The notes beneath the pieces were generated by a model that worked only from the letters and a program-made list of their open reading frames with translations, ran no database searches and had not been told where the DNA came from. A DNA stretch of 64,000 nt from assembly GCA_032718475.1 (NCBI GenBank), contig JAUCBJ010006859.1, forward strand, positions 1 to 64,000, written 5' to 3'. Below are positions 27,601 to 42,600 of this stretch, piece after piece. Positions within the stretch are counted from its first letter, which is position 1. Every line of letters begins with the position of its first letter. The stretch comes from Nemertoderma westbladi (lineage: Eukaryota; Animalia; Xenacoelomorpha). The translations under genes were made by a program, and so were the position numbers.

Positions 27601-30600
27601 CCTCCCGCTCCCTGATTCTCGTGTTGTTCTATGTAAATGCCTCCCTTACTTACCTCCCGCTCCCCGATTCTCGTGTTGTTCTATGTAAATGCCTCCCTTA
27701 CTTACCTCCCGCTCCCTGATTCTCGTGTTGTTCTATGTAAATGCCTCCCTTACTTACCTCCTGCTCCCTGATTCTCGTGTTGTTCTATGTAAATGCCTCC
27801 CTTACTTACCTCCCGCTCCCGCTCCCTGATTCTCGTGTTGTTCTATGTAAATGCCTCCCTTACTTACCTCCCGCTCCCTGATTCTCGTGTTGTTCTATGT
27901 AAATGCCTCCCTTACTTACCTCCTGCTCCCTGATTCTCGTGTTGTTCTATGTAAATGCCTCCCTTACTTACCTCCCGCTCCCTGATTCTCGTGTTGTTCT
28001 ATGTAAATGCCTCCCTTACTTACCTCCCGCTCCCTGATTCTCGTGTTGTTCTATGTAAATGCCTCCCTTACTTACCTCCTGCTCCCTGATTCTCGTGTTG
28101 TTCTATGTAAATGCCTCCCTTACTTACCTCCCGCTCCCTGATTCTCGTGTTGTTCTATGTAAATGCCTCCCTTACTTACCTCCTGCTCCCTGATTCTCGT
28201 GTTGTTCTATGTAATTGCCTCCCTTACTTACCTCCCGCTCCCCGATTCTCGTGTTGTTCTATGTAAATGCTTCCCTTACTTACCTCCCGCTCCCCGATTC
28301 TCGTGTTGTTCTATGTAAATGCCTCCCTTACTTACCTCCCGCTCCCTGATTCTCGTGTTGTTCTATGTAAATGCCTCCCTTACTTACCTCCCGCTCCCTG
28401 ATTCTCGTGTTGTTCTATGTAAATGCCTCCCTTACTTACCTCCCGCTCCCTGATTCTCGTGTTGTTCTATGTAAATGCCTCCCTTACTTACCTCCCGCTC
28501 CCTGATTCTCGTGTTGTTCTATGTAAATGCCTCCCTTACTTACCTCCCGCTCCCTGATTCTCGTGTTGTTCTATGTAAATGCCTCCCTTACTTACCTCCC
28601 GCTCCCCGATTCTCGTGTTGTTCTATGTAAATGCCTCCCTTACTTACCTCCCGCTCCCCGATTCTCGTGTTGTTCTATGTAAATGCCTCCCTTACTTACC
28701 TCCCGCTCCCTGATTCTCGTGTTGTTCTATGTAAATGCCTCCCTTACTTACCTCCCGCTCCCTGATTCTCGTGTTGTTCTATGTAAATGCCTCCCTTACT
28801 TACCTCCCGCTCCCTGATTCTCGTGTTGTTCTATGTAAATGCCTCCCTTACTTACCTTCCGCTCCCTGATTCTCGTGTTGTTCTATGTAAATGCCTCCCT
28901 TACTTACCTCCTGCTCCCTGATTCTCGTGTTGTTCTATGTAAATGCCTCCCTTACTTACCTCCCGCTCCCTGATTCTCGTGTTGTTCTATGTAAATGCCT
29001 CCCTTACTTACCTCCCGCTCCCCGATTCTCGTGTTGTTCTATGTAAATGCCTCCCTTACTTACCTCCCGCTCCCTGATTCTCGTGTTGTTCTATGTAAAT
29101 GCCTCCCTTACTTACCTCCTGCTCCCTGATTCTCGTGTTGTTCTATGTAAATGCCTCCCTTACTTACCTCCCGCTCCCGCTCCCTGATTCTCGTGTTGTT
29201 CTATGTAAATGCCTCCCTTACTTACCTCCCGCTCCCTGATTCTCGTGTTGTTCTATGTAAATGCCTCCCTTACTTACCTCCTGCTCCCTGATTCTCGTGT
29301 TGTTCTATGTAAATGCCTCCCTTACTTACCTCCCGCTCCCTGATTCTCGTGTTGTTCTATGTAAATGCCTCCCTTACTTACCTCCCGCTCCCTGATTCTC
29401 GTGTTGTTCTATGTAAATGCCTCCCTTACTTACCTCCTGCTCCCTGATTCTCGTGTTGTTCTATGTAAATGCCTCCCTTACTTACCTCCCGCTCCCTGAT
29501 TCTCGTGTTGTTCTATGTAAATGCCTCCCTTACTTACCTCGCGTTCCCTGATTCTCGTGTTGTTCTATGTAAATGCCTCCCTTACTTACCTCATGCTCCC
29601 TGATTCTCGTGTTGTTCTATGTAAATGCCTCCCTTACTTACCTCCCGCTCCCCGATTCTCGTGTTGTTCTATGTAAATGCCTCCCTTACTTACCTCCCGC
29701 TCCCTGATTCTCGTGTTGTTCTATGTAAATGCCTCCCTTACTTACCTCCCGCTCCCTGATTCTCGTGTTGTTCTATGTAAATGCCTCCCTTACTTACCTC
29801 CCGTTCCCCGATTATCGTGTTGTTCTATGTAAATGCCCCCCTTACTTACCTCCCGCTCCCCGATTCTCGTGTTGTTCTATGTAAATGCCTCCACTTACCT
29901 CCCGCTCCCCGATTCTCGTGTTGTTCTATGTAAATGCCTCCCTTACTTAACTCCCGCTCCCCGATTCTAGTGTTGTTCTATGTAAATGCCTCCCTTACTT
30001 ACCTCCCGCTCCCCGATTCTCGTGTTGTTCTATGTAAATGCCTCCCTTACTTACCTCCCGTTCCCCGATTCTCGTGTTGTTCTATGTAAATGCCTCCCTT
30101 ACTTACCTCCCGCTCCCTGATTCTCGTGTTGTTCTATGTAAATGCCTCCCTTACTTACCTCCCGCTCCCTGATTCTCGTGTTGTTCTATGTAAATGCCTC
30201 CCTTACTTACCTCCCGCTCCCCGATTCTCGTGTTGTTCTATGTAAATGCCTCCCTTACTTACCTCCCGCTCCCCGATTCTCGTGTTGTTCTATGTAAATG
30301 CCTCCCTTACTTACCTCCCGCTCCCTGATTCTCGTGTTGTTCTATGTAAATGCCTCCCTTACTTACCTCCCGCTCCCTGATTCTCGTGTTGTTCTATGTA
30401 AATGCCTCCCTTACTTACCTCCCGCTCCCTGATTCTCGTGTTGTTCTATGTAAATGCCTCCCTTACTTACCTTCCGCTCCCTGATTCTCGTGTTGTTCTA
30501 TGTAAATGCCTCCCTTACTTACCTCCTGCTCCCTGATTCTCGTGTTGTTCTATGTAAATGCCTCCCTTACTTACCTCCCGCTCCCTGATTCTCGTGTTGT

Positions 30601-33600
30601 TCTATGTAAATGCCTCCCTTACTTACCTCCCGCTCCCCGATTCTCGTGTTGTTCTATGTAAATGCCTCCCTTACTTACCTCCCGCTCCCTGATTCTCGTG
30701 TTGTTCTATGTAAATGCCTCCCTTACTTACCTCCTGCTCCCTGATTCTCGTGTTGTTCTATGTAAATGCCTCCCTTACTTACCTCCCGCTCCCGCTCCCT
30801 GATTCTCGTGTTGTTCTATGTAAATGCCTCCCTTACTTACCTCCCGCTCCCTGATTCTCGTGTTGTTCTATGTAAATGCCTCCCTTACTTACCTCCTGCT
30901 CCCTGATTCTCGTGTTGTTCTATGTAAATGCCTCCCTTACTTACCTCCCGCTCCCTGATTCTCGTGTTGTTCTATGTAAATGCCTCCCTTACTTACCTCC
31001 CGCTCCCTGATTCTCGTGTTGTTCTATGTAAATGCCTCCCTTACTTACCTCCTGCTCCCTGATTCTCGTGTTGTTCTATGTAAATGCCTCCCTTACTTAC
31101 CTCCCGCTCCCTGATTCTCGTGTTGTTCTATGTAAATGCCTCCCTTACTTACCTCGCGCTCCCTGATTCTCGTGTTGTTCTATGTAAATGCCTCCCTTAC
31201 TTACCTCCTGCTCCCTGATTCTCGTGTTGTTCTATGTAAATGCCTCCCTTACTTACCTCCCGCTCCCCGATTCTCGTGTTGTTCTATGTAAATGCCTCCC
31301 TTACTTACCTCCCGCTCCCTGATTCTCGTGTTGTTCTATGTAAATGCCTCCCTTACTTACCTCCCGCTCCCTGATTCTCGTGTTGTTCTATGTAAATGCC
31401 TCCCTTACTTACCTCCCGTTCCCCGATTCTCGTGTTGTTCTATGTAAATGCCCCCCTTACTTACCTCCCGCTCCCCGATTCTCGTGTTGTTCTATGTAAA
31501 TGCCTCCACTTACCTCCCGCTCCCCGATTCTCGTGTTGTTCTATGTAAATGCCTCCCTTACTTAACTCCCGCTCCCCGATTCTAGTGTTGTTCTATGTAA
31601 ATGCCTCCCTTACTTACCTCCCGCTCCCCGATTCTCGTGTTGTTCTATGTAAATGCCTCCCTTACTTACCTCCCGTTCCCCGATTCTCGTGTTGTTCTAT
31701 GTAAATGCCCCCCTTACTTACCTCCCGCTCCCCGATTCTCGTGTTGTTCTATGTAAATGCCTCCACTTACCTCCCGCTCCCCGATTCTCGTGTTGTTCTA
31801 TGTAAATGCCTCCCTTACTTACCTCCCGCTCCCCGATTCTCGTGTTGTTCTATGTAAATGCCTCCACTTACCTCCCGCTCCCCGATTCTCGTGTTGTTCT
31901 ATGTAAATGCCTCCCTTACTTACCTCCCGCTCCCTGATTCTCGTGTTGTTCTATGTAAATGCCTCCCTTACTTACCTCCCGCTCCCCGATTCTCGTGTTG
32001 TTCTATGTAAATGCCTCCCTTACTTACCTCCCGCTCCCTGATTCTCGTGTTGTTCTATGTAAATGCCTCCACTTACCTCCCGCTCCCCGATTCTCGTGTT
32101 GTTCTATGTAAATGCCTCCCTTACTTACCTCCCGCTCCCTGATTCTCGTGTTGTGCTATGTAAATGCCTCCCTTACTTACCTCCCGCACCCCGATTCTCG
32201 TGTTGTTCTATGTAAATGCCTCCCTTACTTACCTCCCGCTCCCTGATTCTCGTATTGTTCTATATAAATGCCTCCCTTACTTACCTCCCGCTCCCCGATT
32301 CTCGTGTTGTTCTATGTAAATGCCTCCACTTACCTCCCGCTCCCCGATTCTCGTGTTGTTCTATATAAATGCCTCCACTTACCTCCCGCTCCCTGATTCT
32401 CGTGTTGTTCTATGTAAATGCCTCCCTTACTTACCTCCCGCTCCCCGATTCTCGTGTTGTTCTATGTAAATGCCTCCCTTACTTACCTCCCGCTCCCTGA
32501 TTCTCGTGTTGTTCTATGTAAATGCCTCCCTTACTTACCTCCCGCTCCCTGATTCTCGTGTTGTTCTATGTAAATGCCTCCACTTACCTCCCGCTCCCTG
32601 ATTCTCGTGTTGTTCTATGTAAATGCCTCCACTTACCTCCCGCTCCCTGATTCTCGTGTTGTTCTATGTAAATGCCTCCACTTACCTCCCGCTCCCTGAT
32701 TCTCGTGTTGTTCTATGTAAATGCCTCCCTTACTTACCTCCCGCTCCCTGATTCTCGTGTTGTTCTATGTAAATGCCTCCCTTACTTAACTCCCGCTCCC
32801 TGATTCTCGTGTTGTTCTATGTAAATGCCTCCACTTACCTCCCGCTCCCCGATTCTCGTGTTGTTCTATATAAATGCCTCCACTTACCTCCCGCTCCCTG
32901 ATTCTCGTGTTGTTCTATGTAAATGCCTCCCTTACTTACCTCCCGCTCCCCGATTCTCGTGTTGTTCTATGTAAATGCCTCCACTTACCTCCCGCTCCCT
33001 GATTCTCGTGTTGTTCTATGTAAATGCCTCCACTTACCTCCCGCTCCCTGATTCTCGTGTTGTTCTATGTAATTGCCTCCCTTACTTACCTCCCGCTCCC
33101 CGATTCTCGTGTTGTTCTATGTAAATGCCTCCCTTACTTACCTCCCGCTCCCTGATTCTCGTGTTGTTCTATGTAAATGCCTCCCTTACTTACCTCCCGC
33201 TCCCCGATTCTCGTGTTGTTCTATGTAAATGCCTCCCTTACTTACCTCCCGCTCCCCGATTCTCGTGTTGTTCTATGTAAATGCCTCCCTTACTTACCTC
33301 CCGCTCCCTGATTATCGTGTTGTTCTATGTAATTGCCTCCCTTACTTACCTCCCGCTCCCCGATTCTCGTGTTGTTCTATGTAAATGCCTCCCTTACTTA
33401 CCTCCCGCTCCCTGATTCTCGTGTTGTTCTATGTAAATGCCTCCACTTACCTCCCGCTCCCTGATTCTCGTGTTGTTCTATGTAATTGTCTCCCTTACTT
33501 ACCTCCCGCTCCCCGATTCTCGTGTTGTTCTATGTAAATGCCTCCCTTACTTACCTCCCGCTCCCTGATTCTCGTGTTGTTCTATGTAAATGCCTCCCTT

Positions 33601-36600
33601 ACTTACCTCCCGCTCCCCGATTGTCGTGTTGTTCTATGTAAATGCCTCCCTTACTTACCTCCCGCTCCCCGATTCTCGTGTTGTTCTATGTAAATGCCTC
33701 CCTTACTTACCTCCCGCTCCCTGATTATCGTGTTGTTCTATGTAATTGCCTCCCTTACTTACCTCCCGCTCCCCGATTCTCGTGTTGTTCTATGTAAATG
33801 CCTCCCTTACTTACCTCCCGCTCCCTGATTATCGTGTTGTTCTATGTAATTGCCTCCCTTACTTACCTCCCGCTCCCTGATTCTCGTGTTGTTCTATGTA
33901 AATGCCTCCCTTACTTACCTCCCGCTCCCTGATTCTCGTGTTGTTCTATGTAAATGCCTCCCTTACTTACCTCCCGCTCCCTGATTCTCGTGTTGTTCTA
34001 TGTAATTGCCTCCCTTACTTACCTCCCGCTCCCTGATTCTCGTGTTGTTCTATGTAAATGCCTCCCTTACTTACCTCCCGCTCCCTGATTCTCGTGTTGT
34101 TCTATGTAAATGCCTCCCTTACTTACCTCCCGCTCCCCGATTCTCGTGTTGTTCTATGTAAATGCCTCCCTTACTTACCTCCCGCTCCCCGATTCTCGTG
34201 TTGTTCTATGTAAATGCCTCCCTTACTTACCTCCCGCTCCCTGATTCTCGTGTTGTTCTATGTAAATGCCTCCCTTACTTACCTCCCGCTCCCCGATTCT
34301 CGTGTTGTTCTATGTAAATGCCTCCCTTACTTACCTCCCGCTCCCTGATTCTCGTGTTGTTCTATGTAAATGCCTCCCTTACTTACCTCCCGCTCCCCGA
34401 TTCTCGTGTTGTTCTATGTAAATGCCTCCCTTACTTACCTCCCGCTCCCTGATTCTCGTGTTGTTCTATGTAAATGCCTCCCTTACTTACCTCCCGCTCC
34501 CCGATTCTCGTGTTGTTCTATGTAAATGCCTCCCTTACTTACCTCCCGCTCCCTGATTCTCGTGTTGTTCTATGTAAATGCCTCCCTTACTTACCTCCCG
34601 CTCCCCGATTCTCGTGTTGTTCTATGTAAATGCCTCCCTTACTTACCTCCCGCTCCCTGATTCTCGTGTTGTTCTATGTAAATGCCTCCCTTACTTACCT
34701 CCCGCTCCCTGATTCTCGTGTTGTTCTATGTAAATGCCTCCCTTACTTACCTCCCGCTCCCTGATTCTCGTGTTGTTCTATGTAAATGCCTCCCTTACTT
34801 ACCTCCCGCTCCCTGATTCTCGTGTTGTTCTATGTAAATGCCTCCCTTACTTACCTCCCGCTCCCTGATTCTCGTGTTGTTCTATGTAAATGCCTCCCTT
34901 ACTTACCTCCCGCTCCCCGATTCTCGTGTTGTTCTATGTAAATGCCTCCCTTACTTACCTCCCGCTCCCCGATTCTCGTGTTGTTCTATGTAAATGCCTC
35001 CCTTACTTACCTCCCGCTCCCTGATTCTCGTGTTGTTCTATGTAAATGCCTCCCTTACTTACCTCCCGCTCCCTGATTCTCGTGTTGTTCTATGTAAATG
35101 CCTCCCTTACTTACCTCCCGCTCCCTGATTCTCGTGTTGTTCTATGTAAATGCCTCCCTTACTTACCTCCCGCTCCCTGATTCTCGTGTTGTTCTATGTA
35201 AATGCCTCCCTTACTTACCTCCCGCTCCCCGATTCTCGTGTTGTTCTATGTAAATGCCTCCCTTACTTACCTCCCGCTCCCTGATTCTCGTGTTGTTCTA
35301 TGTAAATGCCTCCCTTACTTACCTCCCGCTCCCTGATTCTCGTGTTGTTCTATGTAAATGCCTCCCTTACTTACCTCCCGCTCCCCGATTCTCGTGTTGT
35401 TCTATGTAAATGCCTCCCTTACTTACCTCCCGCTCCCTGATTCTCGTGTTGTTCTATGTAAATGCCTCCCTTACTTACCTCCCGCTCCCTGATTCTCGTG
35501 TTGTTCTATGTAAATGCCTCCCTTACTTACCTCCCGCTCCCTGATTCTCGTGTTGTTCTATGTAAATGCCTCCCTTACTTATCTCCCGCTCCCTGATTCT
35601 CGTGTTGTTCTATGTAAATGCCTCCCTTACTTATCTCCCGCTCCCTGAGTCTCGTGTTGTTCTATGTAAATGCCTCCCTTACTTACCTCCCGCTCCCCGA
35701 TTCTCGTGTTGTTCTATGTAAATGCCTCCCTTACTTACCTCCCGCTCCCTGATCCTCGTGTTGTTCTATGTAAATGCCTCCCTTACTTACCTCCCGCTCC
35801 CTGATTCTCGTGTTGTTCTATGTAAATGCCTCCCTTACTTACCTCCCGCTCCCTGATTCTCGTGTTGTTCTATGTAAATACCTCCCTTACTTACCTCCCG
35901 CTCCCTGATTCTCGTGTTGTTCTATGTAAATGCCTCCCTTACTTACCTCCCGCTCCCTGATTCTCGTGTTGTTCTATGTAAATGCCTCCCTTACTTACCT
36001 CCCGCTCCCCGATTCTCGTGTTGTTCTATGTAAATGCCTCCCTTACTTACCTCCCGCTCCCTGATTCTCGTGTTGTTCTATGTAAATGCCTCCCTTACTT
36101 ACCTCCCGCTCCCTGATTCTCGTGTTGTTCTATGTAAATGCCTCCCTTACTTACCTCCCGCTCCCCGATTCTCGTGTTGTTCTATGTAAATGCCTCCCTT
36201 ACTTACCTCCCGCTCCCTGATTCTCGTGTTGTTCTATGTAAATACCTCCCTTACTTACCTCCCGCTCCCCGATTCTCGTGTTGTTCTATGTAAATGCCTC
36301 CCTTACTTACCTCCCGCTCCCTGATTCTCGTGTTGTTCTATGTAAATGCCTCCCTTACTTACCTCCCGCTCCCTGATTCTCGTGTTGTTCTATGTAAATG
36401 CCTCCCTTACTTACCTCCCGCTCCCTGATTCTCGTGTTGTTCTATGTAAATGACTCCCTACTTACCTCCCGCTCCCTGATTCTCGTGTTGTTCTATGTAA
36501 ATGCCTCCCTTACTTACCTCCCGCTCCCTGATTCTCGTGTTGTTCTATGTAAATGACTCCACTTACCTCCCGCTCCCTGATTCTCGTGTTGTTCTATGTA

Positions 36601-39600
36601 AATGCCTCCCTTACTTACGCTCCCGCTCCCTGATTCTCGTGTTGTTCTATGTAAATGCCTCCCATACTTACCCCCCGCTCCCTGATTCTCGTGTTGTTCT
36701 ATGTAAATGCCTCCCTTACTTACCTCCCGCTCCCTGATTCTCGTGTTGTTCTATGTAAATGCCTCCCTTACTTACCTCCCGCTCCCTGATTCTCGTGTTG
36801 TTCTATGTAAATGCCTCCCTTACTTACCTCCCGCTCCCTGATTCTCGTGTTGTTCTATGTAAATGCCTCCCATACTTACCTCCCGCTCCCTGATTCTCGT
36901 GTTGTTCTATGTAAATGCCTCCCTTACTTACCTCCCGCTCCCCGATTCTCGTGTTGTTCTATGTAAATGCCTCCCTTACTTACCTCCCGCTCCCCGATTC
37001 TCGTGTTGTTCTATGTAAATGCCTCCCTTACTTACCTCCCGCTCCCTGATTCTCGTGTTGTTCTATGTAAATGCCTCCCTTACTTACCTCCCGCTCCCTG
37101 ATTCTCGTGTTGTTCTATGTAAATGCCTCCCTTACTTACCTCCCGCTCCCTGATTCTCGTGTTGTTCTATGTAAATGCCTCCCTTACTTACCTCCCGCTC
37201 CCCGATTCTCGTGTTGTTCTATGTAAATGCCTCCCTTACTTACCTCCCGCTCCCTGATTCTCGTGTTGTTCTATGTAAATGCCTCCCTTACTTACCTCCC
37301 GCTCCCTGATTCTCGTGTTGTTCTATGTAAATGCCTCCCTTACTTACCTCCCGCTCCCTGATTCTCGTGTTGTTCTATGTAAATGCCTCCCTTACTTACC
37401 TCCCGCTCCCCGATTCTCGTGTTGTTCTATGTAAATGCCTCCCTTACTTACCTCCCGCTCCCCGATTCTCGTGTTGTTCTATGTAAATGCCTCCCTTACT
37501 TACCTCCCGCTCCCTGATTCTCGTGTTGTTCTATGTAAATGCCTCCCTTACTTACCTCCCGCTCCCTGATTCTCGTGTTGTTCTATGTAAATGCCTCCCT
37601 TACTTACCTCCCGCTCCCTGATTCTCGTGTTGTTCTATGTAAATGCCTCCCTTACTTACCTCCCGCTCCCTGATTCTCGTGTTGTTCTATGTAAATGCCT
37701 CCCTTACTTACCTCCCGCTCCCCGATTCTCGTGTTGTTCTATGTAAATGCCTCCCTTACTTACCTCCCGCTCCCTGATTCTCGTGTTGTTCTATGTAAAT
37801 GCCTCCCTTACTTACCTCCCGCTCCCTGATTCTCGTGTTGTTCTATGTAAATGCCTCCCTTACTTACCTCCCGCTCCCCGATTCTCGTGTTGTTCTATGT
37901 AAATGCCTCCCTTACTTACCTCCCGCTCCCTGATTCTCGTGTTGTTCTATGTAAATGCCTCCCTTACTTACCTCCCGCTCCCTGATTCTCGTGTTGTTCT
38001 ATGTAAATGCCTCCCTTACTTACCTCCCGCTCCCTGATTCTCGTGTTGTTCTATGTAAATGCCTCCCTTACTTATCTCCCGCTCCCTGATTCTCGTGTTG
38101 TTCTATGTAAATGCCTCCCTTACTTATCTCCCGCTCCCTGAGTCTCGTGTTGTTCTATGTAAATGCCTCCCTTACTTACCTCCCGCTCCCCGATTCTCGT
38201 GTTGTTCTATGTAAATGCCTCCCTTACTTACCTCCCGCTCCCTGATTCCTCGTGTTGTTCTATGTAAATGCCTCCCTTACTTACCTCCCGCTCCCTGATT
38301 CTCGTGTTGTTCTATGTAAATGCCTCCCTTACTTACCTCCCGCTCCCTGATTCTCGTGTTGTTCTATGTAAATACCTCCCTTACTTACCTCCCGCTCCCT
38401 GATTCACGTGTTGTTCTATGTAAATGCCTCCCTTACTTACCTCCCGCTCCCTGATTCTCGTGTTGTTCTATGTAAATGCCTCCCTTACTTACCTCCCGCT
38501 CCCCGATTCTCGTGTTGTTCTATGTAAATGCCTCCCTTACTTACCTCCCGCTCCCTGATTCTCGTGTTGTTCTATGTAAATGCCTCCCTTACTTACCTCC
38601 CGCTCCCTGATTCTCGTGTTGTTCTATGTAAATGCCTCCCTTACTTACCTCCCGCTCCCCGATTCTCGTGTTGTTCTATGTAAATGCCTCCCTTACTTAC
38701 CTCCCGCTCCCTGATTCTCGTGTTGTTCTATGTAAATACCTCCCTTACTTACCTCCCGCTCCCCGATTCTCGTGTTGTTCTATGTAAATGCCTCCCATAC
38801 TTACCTCCCGCTCCCTGATTCTCGTGTTGTTCTATGTAAATGCCTCCCTTACTTACCTCCCGCTCCCTGATTCTCGTGTTGTTCTATGTAAATGCCTCCC
38901 TTACTTACCTCCCGCTCCCTGATTCTCGTGTTGTTCTATGTAAATGACTCCACTTACCTCCCGCTCCCTGATTCTCGTGTTGTTCTATGTAAATGCCTCC
39001 CTTACTTACCTCCCGCTCCCTGATTCTCGTGTTGTTCTATGTAAATGACTCCACTTACCTCCCGCTCCCTGATTCTCGTGTTGTTCTATGTAAATGCCTC
39101 CCTTACTTACGCCCCGCTCCCTGATTCTCGTGTTGTTCTATGTAAATGCCTCCCATACTTACCCCCCGCTCCCTGATTCTCGTGTTGTTCTATGTAAATG
39201 CCTCCCTTACTTACCTCCCGCTCCCTGATTCTCGTGTTGTTCTATGTAAATGCCTCCCTTACTTACCTCCCGCTCCCTGATTCTCGTGTTGTTCTATGTA
39301 AATGCCTCCCTTACTTACCTCCCGCTCCCTGATTCTCGTGTTGTTCTATGTAAATGCCTCCCATACTTACCTCCCGCTCCCTGATTCTCGTGTTGTTCTA
39401 TGTAAATGCCTCCCTTACTTACCTCCCGCTCCCCGATTGTCGTGTTGTTCTATGTAAATGCCTCCCTTACTTACCTCCCGCTCCCCGATTCTCGTGTTGT
39501 TCTATGTAAATGCCTCCCTTACTTACCTCCCGCTCCCTGATTCTCGTGTTGTTCTATGTAAATGCCTCCCTTACTTACCTCCCGCTCCCTGATTCTCGTG

Positions 39601-42600
39601 TTGTTCTATGTAAATGCCTCCCTTACTTACCTCCCGCTCCCTGATTCTCGTGTTGTTCTATGTAAATGCCTCCCTTACTTACCTCCCGCTCCCCGATTCT
39701 CGTGTTGTTCTATGTAAATGCCTCCCTTACTTACCTCCCGCTCCCTGATTCTCGTGTTGTTCTATGTAAATGCCTCCCTTACTTACCTCCCGCTCCCTGA
39801 TTCTCGTGTTGTTCTATGTAAATGCCTCCCATACTTACCTCCCGCTCCCTGATTCTCGTGTTGTTCTATGTAAATGCCTCCCTTACTTACCTCCCGCTCC
39901 CTGATTATCGTGTTGTTCTATGTAATTGCCTCCCTTACTTACCTCCCGCTCCCCGATTCTCGTGTTGTTCTATGTAAATGCCTCCCTTACTTACCTCCCG
40001 CTCCCTGATTATCGTGTTGTTCTATGTAAATGCCTACCTTACTTACCTCCCGCTCCCCGATTCTCGTGTTGTTCTATGTAAATGCCTCCCTTACTTACCT
40101 CCCGCTCCCTGATTCTCGTGTTGTTCTATGTAAATGCCTCCCTTACTTACCTCCCGCTCCCTGATTATCGTGTTGTTCTATGTAATTGCCTCCCTTACTT
40201 ACCTCCCGCTCCCTGATTCTCGTGTTGTTCTATGTAATTGCCTCCCTTACTTACCTCCCGCTCCCCGATTCTCGTGTTGTTCTATGTAATTGCCTCCCTT
40301 ACTTACCTCCCGCTCCCCGATTCTCGTGTTGTTCTATGTAAATGCTTCCCTTACTTACCTCCCGCTCCCCGATTCTCGTGTTGTTCTATGTAAATGCCTC
40401 CCTTACTTACCTCCCGCTCCCTGATTCTCGTGTTGTTCTATGTAAATGCCTCCCTTACTTACCTCCCGCTCCCTGATTCTCGTGTTGTTCTATGTAAATG
40501 CCTCCCTTACTTACCTCCCGCTCCCTGATTCTCGTGTTGTTCTATGTAAATGCCTCCCTTACTTACCTCCCGCTCCCTGATTCTCGTGTTGTTCTATGTA
40601 AATGCCTCCCTTACTTACCTCCCGCTCCCTGATTCTCGTGTTGTTCTATGTAAATGCCTCCCTTACTTACCTCCCGCTCCCCGATTCTCGTGTTGTTCTA
40701 TGTAAATGCCTCCCTTACTTACCTCCCGCTCCCCGATTCTCGTGTTGTTCTATGTAAATGCCTCCCTTACTTACCTCCCGCTCCCTGATTCTCGTGTTGT
40801 TCTATGTAAATGCCTCCCTTACTTACCTCCCGCTCCCTGATTCTCGTGTTGTTCTATGTAAATGCCTCCCTTACTTACCTCCCGCTCCCTGATTCTCGTG
40901 TTGTTCTATGTAAATGCCTCCCTTACTTACCTCCCGCTCCCTGATTCTCGTGTTGTTCTATGTAAATGCCTCCCTTACTTACCTCCCGCTCCCCGATTCT
41001 CGTGTTGTTCTATGTAAATGCCTCCCTTACTTACCTCCCGCTCCCTGATTCTCGTGTTGTTCTATGTAAATGCCTCCCTTACTTACCTCCCGCTCCCTGA
41101 TTCTCGTGTTGTTCTATGTAAATGCCTCCCTTACTTACCTCCCGCTCCCCGATTCTCGTGTTGTTCTATGTAAATGCCTCCCTTACTTACCTCCCGCTCC
41201 CTGATTCTCGTGTTGTTCTATGTAAATGCCTCCCTTACTTACCTCCCGCTCCCTGATTCTCGTGTTGTTCTATGTAAATGCCTCCCTTACTTACCTCCCG
41301 CTCCCTGATTCTCGTGTTGTTCTATGTAAATGCCTCCCTTACTTATCTCCCGCTCCCTGATTCTCGTGTTGTTCTATGTAAATGCCTCCCTTACTTATCT
41401 CCCGCTCCCTGAGTCTCGTGTTGTTCTATGTAAATGCCTCCTTACTTACCTCCCGCTCCCCGATTCTCGTGTTGTTCTATGTAAATGCCTCCCTTACTTA
41501 CCTCCCGCTCCCTGATCCTCGTGTTGTTCTATGTAAATGCCTCCCTTACTTACCTCCCGCTCCCTGATTCTCGTGTTGTTCTATGTAAATGCCTCCCTTA
41601 CTTACCTCCCGCTCCCCGATTCTCGTGTTGTTCTATGTAAATGCCTCCCTTACTTACCTCCCGCTCCCTGATTCTCGTGTTGTTCTATGTAAATACCTCC
41701 CTTACTTACCTCCCGCTCCCTGATTCTCGTGTTGTTCTATGTAAATACCTCCCTTACTTACCTCCCGCTCCCTGATTCTCGTGTTGTTCTATGTAAATGC
41801 CTCCCTTACTTACCTCCCGCTCCCTGATTCTCGTGTTGTTCTATGTAAATGCCTCCCTTACTTACCTCCCGCTCCCTGATTCTCGTGTTGTTCTATGTAA
41901 ATACCTCCCTTACTTACCTCCCGCTCCCTGATTATCGTGTTGTTCTATGTAAATACCTCCCTTACTTACCTCCCGCTCCCTGATTCTCGTGTTGTTCTAT
42001 GTAAATGCCTCCCTTACTTACCTCCCGCTCCCCGATTCTCGTGTTGTTCTATGTAAATGCCTCCCTTACTTACCTCCCGCTCCCTGATTCTCGTGTTGTT
42101 CTATGTAAATACCTCCCTTACTTACCTCCAGCTCCCTGATTCTCGTGTTGTTCTATGTAAATACCTCCCTTACTTACCTCCCGCTCCCTGATTCTCGTGT
42201 TGTTCTATGTAAATGCCTCCCTTACTTACCTCCCGCTCCCTGATTCTCGTGTTGTTCTATGTAAATGCCTCCCTTACTTACCTCCCGCTCCCCGATTCTC
42301 GTGTTGTTCTATGTAAATGCCTCCCTTACTTACCTCCCGCTCCCTGATTCTCGTGTTGTTCTATGTAAATGCCTCCCTTACTTACCTCCCGCTCCCTGAT
42401 TCTCGCGTTGTTCTATGTAAATGCCTCCCTTACTTACCTCCCGCTCCCCGATTCTCGTGTTGTTCTATGTAAATGCCTCCCTTACTTACCTCCCGCTCCC
42501 TGATTCTCGTGTTGTTCTATGTAAATACCTCCCTTACTTACCTCCCGCTCCCCGATTCTCGTGTTGTTCTATGTAAATGCCTCCCTTACTTACCTCCCGC